From contig JAVLKG010000013.1 of NCBI GenBank assembly GCA_032128875.1, positions 45,610-109,609 of the forward strand: 64,000 nucleotides of DNA. Direction: 5' to 3'. The notes under the pieces are model-generated. The model saw only the letters and a program-made list of their open reading frames with translations. It ran no database searches and was not told the DNA's origin. The stretch comes from Candidatus Melainabacteria bacterium 17Bon1m (GTDB taxonomy: Bacteria > Cyanobacteriota > Vampirovibrionia > Obscuribacterales > Obscuribacteraceae). Below, one piece after another: positions 9,981 through 17,883 of the stretch (position 1 is the stretch's first letter; every line of letters begins with the position of its first letter). Made by a program: the position numbers and the translations under genes.

Positions 9981-11084
9981 GTGAGCAATTCCAAAGTCAT
10001 CCCGACCGCCGCCTTCGCTCTCGACCTCCTCAAGCAGGAAGTCGCCGCCAAACCGGGCGAGAACGTTCTTGTTTCGCCGCTCTCCGTTTCGCTCGCCCTC
10101 GGCATGACCGCCAACGGCGCGCGTGGCACGACCCTCAAGGGCATGACCAGCGTTCTCGGCATCGAGAGCGATCTGGGCGCCAACAACAAGGGCTACGCTG
10201 CCCTTCTGGAGCTGCTGAAGCGTTCCGGCATCGGTGTGACGCTCGACATCGCCAACGGCATTTTCGCCAAGCTCGGGGTCACATTCAAGCCCCAGTTCAA
10301 GCAGGCGAACAAGCGCTACTTCAACGCCAAGCTCGAGGACCTGGATTTCGATGATCCGGACACCCTCGACATCATCAACGGCTTCGTCTACGAGGGCACC
10401 AACAAGAAGATCGACAAGATGCTCAAGTCGATCAGCCCGGACGCCGTGATGTTCCTCGTCAACTGCGTCTACTTCAAGGGCGAGTGGACCTCGAAGTTCG
10501 ACAAGAAGCTGACCAAAGATCTCCCCTTCGCCGGCGTCGGTGACATCGCCACGATGTACCGCAACGATTCGATGGTTTACAGCAGTGACTGGCAGACATA
10601 TCAGACCGTCGTGCTGCCGTTTGGCGAGTCCAAGGCTGTCCGTGAGGTCATCATCCTGCCTTACGAGGGCAAGAGCATCGACGACGTGCTTGCCGCGCTC
10701 GATGCCGATAAAATCCTGGGCTTCACCAAGCACGATCACGGCAGCGACGGCGAGCTCTGGCTGCCGCGCATCGACATCGGCTACGAGAATTCGCTCAAGG
10801 ACTCACTCATCAATCTCGGCATGGAAGACGCCTTCGGCGGCGCCGATTTCACCGGCATGTCCGAAGACCTCGACCTCAAGATCGGCGACGTGAAGCACCG
10901 CACCGGCTTCAAGCTCGACGAGGAAGGCGCGGAAGGCTTCGCCGCCACTGTCGTCGAAGTGATGACCGAGAGCGTCTCGATGCCCTTCCAGATGAAGGTC
11001 AATCGTCCGTTCGTGAAGTTCACCATCGACTCCGAAACCGATGCCGTGCTCTTCGCCGGCGTCGTCGTCAACCCGACGAAGTAA
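9981..11084 (+). CDS. Serpin (serine protease inhibitor) family protein
   Basis: NVLVSPLSVSLALGMT..GA.G.T, LVNCVYFKGEW, LPR, DEEGAE hinge, VNRPF and LFAG.V.NP; AGGAG RBS; no signal peptide evident. Confidence 0.95.
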   Translation: MSNSKVIPTAAFALDLLKQEVAAKPGENVLVSPLSVSLALGMTANGARGTTLKGMTSVLGIESDLGANNKGYAALLELLKRSGIGVTLDIANGIFAKLGVTFKPQFKQANKRYFNAKLEDLDFDDPDTLDIINGFVYEGTNKKIDKMLKSISPDAVMFLVNCVYFKGEWTSKFDKKLTKDLPFAGVGDIATMYRNDSMVYSSDWQTYQTVVLPFGESKAVREVIILPYEGKSIDDVLAALDADKILGFTKHDHGSDGELWLPRIDIGYENSLKDSLINLGMEDAFGGADFTGMSEDLDLKIGDVKHRTGFKLDEEGAEGFAATVVEVMTESVSMPFQMKVNRPFVKFTIDSETDAVLFAGVVVNPTK

Positions 11085-11130
11085 TTCCGTCGCTCTGGAG
11101 AGTCGGCTGCCATCTTGGTAGTCGACTCCC

Positions 11131-11178
11131 CTTGCGGGTTGAAATGCTTGCGGGATGAAATGCCTGCGCGTTGAAACG
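11131..11178 (+). repeat. 3 x 16-bp tandem repeat
   Basis: cttgcgggttgaaatg / cttgcgggatgaaatg / cctgcgcgttgaaacg, contiguous. Confidence 0.8.
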
Positions 11179-11182
11179 CTCT

Positions 11183-11241
11183 TTGGGAGGCGCAGGAGTC
11201 GTGGCGTAACGCCATGGATTCTTGCGCTTTCCAATTTTTTT
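11183..11241 (+). terminator. Intrinsic terminator after serpin
   Basis: Long stem TTGGGAGGCGCAGGAGTC...GATTCTTGCGCTTTCCAA followed by T7. Confidence 0.65.
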
Positions 11242-11377
11242 GCCCATGCCTGCCCACTTCAGGCAGACAATTTGTGAAATATCGGGTGCTCCCCGTTATT
11301 TCCTTTTGTGGAATGGGTAACTATATGATATAGCTAACTCCCCCAAAAGTGAGGCAAAACTATTGCTGTACGTAGAT

Positions 11378-12280
11378 ATGAACCTTTTGGAGTTTCAGAA
11401 AAAGTATTCAGATGAGGAGTCGTGTCTGCAGGCGATTTACGCCGTCCGCTGGCCACGTGGTTTTATCTGTCCGTATTGCGAACACAATGATGGGCATCGA
11501 GTCCACACGCGCCGCTTGATGCAATGTTGCCTTTGCCGCCGACAGAGTTCAATTACAGCCGGGACAGTTTTTGAACAAAGCCATATTCCGCTTACTGTAT
11601 GGTTTTTGATGATCTACTTTGTAGCTCACGACAAAGGCGGCTGCAGTGCAATGAAACTCTCGAAGCAGCTTGGTGTCTGTAGAAACACTGTTTCTCTCAT
11701 GCTTATGAAGATTCGATCGGCCATGTCCGCCCGCGACGAGAATCTCACGCTTGCTGGCTCTATCGAGTTTGATGAAGCACTTTTTGGAGGGCGCAGCAAA
11801 AGTAAAAGCGTGGGAAAGCCTCCAAGTACCAACAAGAAATATGTGTTGGTACTTGTTGAGAATGAAGGGATTCAAGCTGGAAGTCTGGTGATGAAGGTCG
11901 TGGACAGCCCGTTCTACGAGGATTTGAAACCAGTAATCGCAGAGAAGGTCGAGTCAGATCCGCCTGGGCAATGGCTTACCGCCGATGGTTGGGGTTCTCA
12001 TCATGTAGCCCTTGAGCTAGGGCACAAACTCAGGATGGGTCACATTCCTAACCACCTTCAGGATCGTTATCTTCGTTGTGTAAATCTTGCGGTTTCCCAT
12101 GCTAAAAGGTTCTTTAAAGGCACCTACCATCACTTCTGCAAGAAATTTATTCAGTGCTACTTAGACGAGTTCTGTTATCGGTGGAACCGAAGGCACCTGG
12201 AGAAACAGATTGCAAGTCACCTTATTGTCGCCTGCGTGTTCAAAAATCCATATCGCAAAGCCAACCCCCAAGCCGCTTAA
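11378..12280 (+). mobile_element. IS1595-family transposase
   Basis: MNLLEFQ..Y.DE..C; RWP.GF.CPYC...CCLC Zn ribbon; S.TAGT.FE; EFDEA.FGG; TADGW; KGTYH; YLDEF.YR.NRR. Element ends not located. Confidence 0.92.
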
Positions 12281-12532
12281 TCTGATTCATACAATTCCAT
12301 CACACTTACACGCTGCTCACAAGAGCAGCTCTTTGTGCTGCTTTCCAGCACGCACTATTCAAAGCACCAAGCTGCCAGGTTCGGAAATCGGAACTGAATT
12401 CCCAGTCACCAAGCCACTTTCGTCTGCCCATTTTGGGCACGTATGTTTTTGCCCGGATCACTAAAAGCCGTAGTAAAGGCGATTGATTTTAGCCTGCTTG
12501 GGAGCAATACAAATTTGATGAGCGTACACTCT

Positions 12533-12691
12533 CTCCGAAAAACAGAAGTTTTTCGGAGTGCGGATCTCCCAAAAGCTAGTTGCTGCAAGGCTCTGCGGAT
12601 TTCTTGTCCGACAAAAACCACCGATCCCCGAAAGCGTTGTCCTGCAAGGTGTTTGCGATTTTGTTCTCCGAAAAATATCGGTTTTTCGGAG
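12533..12691. repeat. Composite element: two 26-bp palindromes flanking two ~60-bp imperfect direct repeats
   Basis: CTCCGAAAAA-N6-TTTTTCGGAG at 12533-12558 and 12666-12691; internal repeats start at 12561 and 12621 and share gatc.ccc.aaagc......ctgcaagg....gcg.attt...tccga.aaaa. Confidence 0.75.
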
Positions 12692-12866
12692 GAAAGACCA
12701 AAAGGAATCCAAATCACCCATCTCCAGACTGAAGTTTGAAGCAGCCCCTATTACACAGCAAAGTAGTGCAACCGCCTGTACTGGCGCGGAACTAGTGTTT
12801 ACCCGGGAGTGAAAATTGCAACTCTTTTGCATAATGGATTTCAGAGACAAGCGTGGGGTGTTGTCG

Positions 12867-13382
12867 ATGAACAACGAAGTGATTCAGAAGGACTTTAGCG
12901 GTGGCGGCGGCAGGGCTGGTGGTGTGATTCTTCTGGTCACGGCATTTTGTCTGATGGGCTATTTCGGACGCCCGTTCCTTCGAACGTTGGGCATAGCGGT
13001 TCCGCCCGCAGAGACGGTACAGTCGGTTCCACCGGTCGCTCCTGTCGAGCCTGCCGAAGTATACGTACCTGCTGAAGTCAATGTGCCTGCCGAGACAGTG
13101 GTTTCTGACTCGTTCAATCCAAGTGTGAGAAACACTGATGATTATTTGGTAGCTGCGCAAAACCTGCCTGAAGGAAAAGTTTTGACTGGAAACGACCTGA
13201 AGATAATCAAAATGCCGGGGCTGCGCGGCTACGAGTTGGCGTTCTACAAGTTTCAGCCGGTAGTTGGAATGAAACTCTCGCATGCGGTCCCCTATGGGCA
13301 GCCAGTGCTGCCATATCACGTCGAAGAATCGATGGCGGCGCGCAGCTACAACAACCTTTCGCCTGGTGAGCGTGAACAATAG
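12867..13382 (+). CDS. Membrane-anchored SAF-domain protein (CpaB/FlgA-like fragment)
   Basis: N-terminal TM, Pro/Val-rich linker, then LVAAQNLPEGKVLTGNDL...VVG....AVPYGQPV SAF pattern. Confidence 0.7.
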   Translation: MNNEVIQKDFSGGGGRAGGVILLVTAFCLMGYFGRPFLRTLGIAVPPAETVQSVPPVAPVEPAEVYVPAEVNVPAETVVSDSFNPSVRNTDDYLVAAQNLPEGKVLTGNDLKIIKMPGLRGYELAFYKFQPVVGMKLSHAVPYGQPVLPYHVEESMAARSYNNLSPGEREQ

Positions 13383-13456
13383 CCATCGCAAGCATTAACC
13401 ATCGCAAGCATTAGCCATCACAAGCAATAGCCATCACAAGCAATAGCCATCGCAAT
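13377..13456 (+). repeat. 5 x 16-bp tandem repeat
   Basis: Consensus ca(a/t)ta(g/a)ccatc(g/a)caag at 13377, 13393, 13409, 13425 and 13441; the first unit contains the stop codon of the upstream gene. Confidence 0.9.
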
Positions 13457-13534
13457 CACCAGCGCATAAATGTTTCCTGTACGCAGGACTGATCGTATTT
13501 GCGTCTCTGCTAATAATGGAAATATTGGATTCCG

Positions 13535-13948
13535 GTGAGACTGAGAGTGATCGACGAAAAACAAGACACAGTTACCGAAGAGTCTCTTCTGGAAAGATAC
13601 AAGAACGGCATGGGCGCCGTTGCCTTCCTCGCGGTGATTATGCCAGTTCTGATCACGTTGTGGGTGGTGAATTACCATCCAGAGTTTCGAATCCCGCTAT
13701 CTGAGCAGCGCGTGAAGCAGGCAGCATCGCCATCTATTAGCCGAACCGAAAGCCTAGTTGTAAGAGCTAAGCAGGATATCCCGAGGGGGATCACTGTCAC
13801 AGACGAAATGCTAGAACTGGTTTGGGTTCCTGAAGAGTCAAACTTTGAGCCGTTGGTACTAAATTTGGCAGACGCTGTCGGTTTGAGAACTACCGAAGAA
13901 ATTCCACGCGGCCGATTGATCCGGAGAGCTCAAATCGTGGCGCAGTAA
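13535..13948 (+). CDS. Membrane-anchored SAF-domain protein
   Basis: TM segment then VVRAKQDIPRGITVTDEML...DAVG....EIPRGRLI SAF pattern; GTG start uncertain. Confidence 0.7.
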   Translation: MRLRVIDEKQDTVTEESLLERYKNGMGAVAFLAVIMPVLITLWVVNYHPEFRIPLSEQRVKQAASPSISRTESLVVRAKQDIPRGITVTDEMLELVWVPEESNFEPLVLNLADAVGLRTTEEIPRGRLIRRAQIVAQ

Positions 13949-14169
13949 GGTTGTAGGCAATAGAGTCGTGCATGTGCTCACTCTAGGTCAATTGGTCTGT
14001 CCATACCATTTGGGTGCTGTTTCAGATTTAAGTGAAACAACGAAAGAGCAATAGTCAGCGCTCGTGAGGTTTTTGGGCGCTTTGTTTAAGCAATGATTAT
14101 GGCCGAGCTTGTTGTCAAGTAGAGTCGATATGATGCCCAACAAGTCCCTCGTTGGAGCGTGGTCCAAAA

Positions 14170-14415
14170 ATGTTCTCGATTCTCGACATTCTGTTCTTCT
14201 TTTTGCCAGGACGTCATCATCATCACGGTTGGGGTTATTCGTCTTCCTATGATTGCCGGTCGGCATCACAGGTCGATTCCGACTTTCGCATCTTCGGTTT
14301 CATTTTGGGCTGGGTCATATTGGCGGCAGTTGTCATACTCGCCCTGTACGCATTCGTACCGAATTTCCACCTTCCACTTGTCGAGAGATATTTACCCGTC
14401 TCCGTCGGCAGCTAG
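14170..14415 (+). CDS. Small hypothetical membrane protein
   Basis: 81 aa; hydrophobic N-terminus, His5 run, one clear TM helix. Confidence 0.5.
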   Translation: MFSILDILFFFLPGRHHHHGWGYSSSYDCRSASQVDSDFRIFGFILGWVILAAVVILALYAFVPNFHLPLVERYLPVSVGS

Positions 14416-14848
14416 TTAAGCGTTCGCGCAATCGCTGTTGACATGCGCTTCTCAAGAGCGCGAGGCTCGCGCGAATGGTAACTCTATGATTTTCATCAAA
14501 GCCTATCTAGAGGCCTAAGTGGCCCAGTTTTAGTAAAAACCAGAAATAAGCCTCGCTTTGGGAAACTTCCAGGCGCGTGCAAGCCCGACTATCAGTACGC
14601 GTTAGGTCTAACGCATATGCTAGAACGAAGACCGGAAGCCAACAATTTTCTCTCTTGAGAAAACCCTCTTAAATCAACACCTCCTCCCGGCGTTCACGTA
14701 TCAGCATTTCTGTCCCTTCGGACAGTGGCTCTGCGCCTGCTTCCGCGCCACCACTGGTGCACTGCACCTCTAAGAAAAGTCCGGCTCGAACGACTTAGTG
14801 TTCGGGTTAACGGACGTTGAAATCACAACTGAATAAGGAGCATGAGCA

Positions 14849-16225
14849 ATGAAGACCAGCTCTCTCCTGCGTTCGCTATGGCGTATCCCGATGGCTCGCA
14901 AAGCCATTGTTCGATACGCATCGGACGCATGGTTGCTTGAATTTACCCAGCGAGCCCACTTCGAGTGGTTTCGCCGGAATCAAAACCCCCGTACCGGTCT
15001 TGTGAAAGACCGCGACCAACCGAAGGCTCCTGCCAGCGTTGCTGCTACTGGATTTGCACTTGTTGCTTATCCGATTGCGGCGAGCCGCGGCTGGATAACG
15101 CACGACGAAGCCCTGACTTACGTCAGCAAGACTCTTCGGGCGCTATCTGAAGCCCCGCAAGGACCTGAGCGCGAAGGCGTAAGCGGCAATTGGGGTATGT
15201 TCTACCACTTCCTCGATCCCGACACCGCCACTCGCGCAGTCGCTCCGAAGTTCTGGGACAGCGAGTTGTCGACCATCGACACTGCACTGCTGATTGCCGG
15301 CGTGCTTTTCGCTGGTTGCTACTTCGACGGTGACAACACGCACGAGAAGGGCATCCGCTACATGGCGGACAATCTCTACAAGCGTGTCGAGTGGAAGCGG
15401 TTTGTCAGGGAAGACAACTTGATTTTGCACGCATGGACGCCGGAGCGCGGCATGTGGGACCCAGTCTATCGCGGTTATAGCGAAGCGTTGCTTCTCTATG
15501 TTCTTGCGCTTGGCTCCCCCACGCATGCGGCTCCGGCTGCCAGTTGGCAGGCATTCATCGGGGACGCGCAGACTGAAACGCACTACGGGCAGACGTTCAT
15601 TCGCATGCACGGAATGCCGCTCTTCTGCTATCAGTACCCGCAGGCGTTCATCGATTTCCGTGGTATCACCGACGATGTCGGTCGCCGCCTCGGCTTTGAC
15701 TACCACGAAAACGCTCGCCGCGCCTCGCTTGCGCAGCACAGCTACGCAGTGGTCAATCCGAACAACATGCGCGGCTACAGCTCGGTGAACTGGGGTCTGA
15801 CTGCATGCGATGGACCTGGAGGCGGTCGCAAGATCGTCGACGGGCGTGAAGTGGATTTCCGCGGATATAGCGAACGCGGTGGTCCCATGGGCTTCGACGA
15901 CGGAACGATCGCACCGACTGCGGCGCTGTCGGCGATGCCCTTTGTTCCGATCAACTCGAAGGCCGCGCTGCGTCACTGGCTCAGCGACCGTCCCGAGCTG
16001 TTCGATTTGGATCTCGGTTTTGTCGACGCGTTTAATCCGACGTTCGACAACCGGACTTACAACGGCTGGGTTGATGCTGAGCGCATCGGCATCGACCAGG
16101 GTCCAATCGTTCTCATGTTGGAAAACTATGAGAGCGGCTTGGTCTGGAACGTGATGCGTCGCAACGAACATCTCAAACGCGGGCTCAAGGCTGCCGGATT
16201 CTCCGGTGGCTGGCTGAACTCGTAA
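14849..16225 (+). CDS. Glucoamylase-like / GH144 (DUF3131) putative endo-beta-1,2-glucanase
   Basis: TGLV.DR, SVAATGFAL, G.FYHFLD, ELSTIDTALL, YSEA..LY.LALGSPTH, WGLTACDGP, DDGTIAPTAA and GIDQGPI..M.EN motifs; AAGGAG RBS. Confidence 0.88.
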   Translation: MKTSSLLRSLWRIPMARKAIVRYASDAWLLEFTQRAHFEWFRRNQNPRTGLVKDRDQPKAPASVAATGFALVAYPIAASRGWITHDEALTYVSKTLRALSEAPQGPEREGVSGNWGMFYHFLDPDTATRAVAPKFWDSELSTIDTALLIAGVLFAGCYFDGDNTHEKGIRYMADNLYKRVEWKRFVREDNLILHAWTPERGMWDPVYRGYSEALLLYVLALGSPTHAAPAASWQAFIGDAQTETHYGQTFIRMHGMPLFCYQYPQAFIDFRGITDDVGRRLGFDYHENARRASLAQHSYAVVNPNNMRGYSSVNWGLTACDGPGGGRKIVDGREVDFRGYSERGGPMGFDDGTIAPTAALSAMPFVPINSKAALRHWLSDRPELFDLDLGFVDAFNPTFDNRTYNGWVDAERIGIDQGPIVLMLENYESGLVWNVMRRNEHLKRGLKAAGFSGGWLNS

Positions 16226-16238
16226 GGCAATTTGTCCT

Positions 16239-16291
16239 GTAGGGGTGGCGCATGCGCCGCCCTGTCAGGGAGCCGCATACGGCTCCCCTGC
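16239..16291. repeat. GTAG-family REP doublet (REPIN-like)
   Basis: GTAGGGGTGGCGCATGCGCCGCCC-TGTCA-GGGAGCCGCATACGGCTCCCCTGC; near-identical copy at 21159-21211, reverse copy at 58346-58401. Confidence 0.8.
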
Positions 16292-16318
16292 GAGGACGAG
16301 ATAACAGGGAATCGAAAA

Positions 16319-17743
16319 ATGGGACACAAACAGGAAACTACCGCTCAGAAGCGTGTGATCGATGCTGCAATCTCCGGGTTGCCTGCGCACTTCAAGTTCG
16401 GCGCCGCTACGTCTGCCTACCAGATCGAAGGTGCTGCCTTGGCTGACGGCCGCGGACCCTGCATCTGGGATACTTTCCTCGCCGACAAGAGTCGTCCGCA
16501 TTCAGGCGACACCGGCGAGGTGGCGTGCGATCACTATCACCGATTCCGCGAAGACATCGCCATCATGAAGGAGCTGGGGCTCGATGCCTACAGGTTCTCC
16601 ATCTCGTGGTCGCGTATCTTCCCGGAAGGTACGGGCGAGATCAATCGCGCCGGCCTGCAGTTCTACAACGACCTGGTGGACGAGCTTCTGGCTGCGGGCA
16701 TCACGCCCTACGTCACGCTCTATCACTGGGATCTGCCGCTCAAGCTCCAGGAGAAGTGGGGCGGGTGGCTGTCGCGTTCGACTCTGCACGCTTTCGCGCG
16801 CTACGCGGAAGTGATGGTGCAAGAACTCGGCGATCGCGTGAAGCACTGGACCACTTTCAACGAGCCGGAAGTTATCATCGCCGGCTACATCGGAAACGGC
16901 ATGGCGCCTGCGTACAATCGCGGCGACGTCGCTTTCCACGTCGGGCACAACCTGATGGTTGCGCACGGACTCGCCGCCAAGGCAATCCGCAAGGCGAGCC
17001 CCGATGCGAAGGTGGGCATCGTGCTCAACTTCAACATCGTCGACCCGAAGGACAACACTGAAGCGTGCCGAATTGCCGCTCACAAGCGGTATCTGCGCGC
17101 GTACTCGTGGTATCTGGACGGACTGCTCAATGGCGAATATCCGCCTGAGGTCGTCGAGGAACTCTCGAAGACGCCGGAGCTGCCGGGTGTTCGCCCGTAT
17201 CCGAAGCGCCACGGCAATGCCAACTGGATCAAGCGTGGCGACATGAAGTTGATCTCCCAGGAGCTCGACTACATGGGCATCAACTATTACACGCGCTTTG
17301 TCGTGGACGAGAACGGTCACGACTACGTAACGCCTGACGTCGCGCGCACGCAGATGGGCTGGCAGATCTACCCGTTCGGTCTGGCTCGTCTCATGGACGA
17401 GATGCACCGGCACTACAAGCTGCCTCCCATCTACATCACTGAGAACGGCGCCGCTCTCGACGACACTCTCACCGTCACTACCGACGGAGCCAGTGTCAAC
17501 GACGAACAGCGTGCAAAGTTCATCGTCGACCACCTGGGCGCCCTGTCGGCCGCATGTTCGGCGGGTGTGGACGTGCGCGGCTATTTCGTCTGGTCGCTCC
17601 TGGACAATTTGGAGTGGCCGCTCGGATTCGCCAAGACCTTCGGCATCGTGCACGTCGACCGCGCCAACGGTCTGAAGCGCACGGTGAAGGAGTCCGGTCG
17701 CACTTACGCTCGTGCCATCCACCGGCACAAGCTGCGTCGCTGA
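16319..17743 (+). CDS. GH1 beta-glucosidase
   Basis: FGAATSAYQIEG, DHYHR..ED, YRFSISWSRI, TLYHWDLP, acid/base TFNEP, nucleophile YITENG, WSLLDNLEW. Confidence 0.97.
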   Translation: MGHKQETTAQKRVIDAAISGLPAHFKFGAATSAYQIEGAALADGRGPCIWDTFLADKSRPHSGDTGEVACDHYHRFREDIAIMKELGLDAYRFSISWSRIFPEGTGEINRAGLQFYNDLVDELLAAGITPYVTLYHWDLPLKLQEKWGGWLSRSTLHAFARYAEVMVQELGDRVKHWTTFNEPEVIIAGYIGNGMAPAYNRGDVAFHVGHNLMVAHGLAAKAIRKASPDAKVGIVLNFNIVDPKDNTEACRIAAHKRYLRAYSWYLDGLLNGEYPPEVVEELSKTPELPGVRPYPKRHGNANWIKRGDMKLISQELDYMGINYYTRFVVDENGHDYVTPDVARTQMGWQIYPFGLARLMDEMHRHYKLPPIYITENGAALDDTLTVTTDGASVNDEQRAKFIVDHLGALSAACSAGVDVRGYFVWSLLDNLEWPLGFAKTFGIVHVDRANGLKRTVKESGRTYARAIHRHKLRR

Positions 17744-17753
17744 AGTTGAAACT

Positions 17754-17783
17754 CTGACGGGAGCCGCACGCGGCTCCCGTCAG
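17754..17783. repeat. REP-derived perfect hairpin
   Basis: CTGACGGGAGCCGC-AC-GCGGCTCCCGTCAG; shares the GGGAGCCGC core with the REP doublets. Confidence 0.7.
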
Positions 17784-17883
17784 GACGAACGCAGGGCGCC
17801 GAGGAGGCGTCCGTAGTGAGTTTGGGAAGCGCGCGGAAGTTGAGGCAAAGCCGAAACTGGAGCGCTAACAAAAGGTTTTAGCA

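Noticed and set aside
11131-11178. CRISPR array (units end in TTGAAAY)
   Set aside because: Units are 16 bp and contiguous, with no spacers and no cas genes in the window.
11300-12310. IS1595 terminal inverted repeats (tgtggaatgggta versus tacaattccatca)
   Set aside because: Only a short GGAAT core matches; too weak to call.
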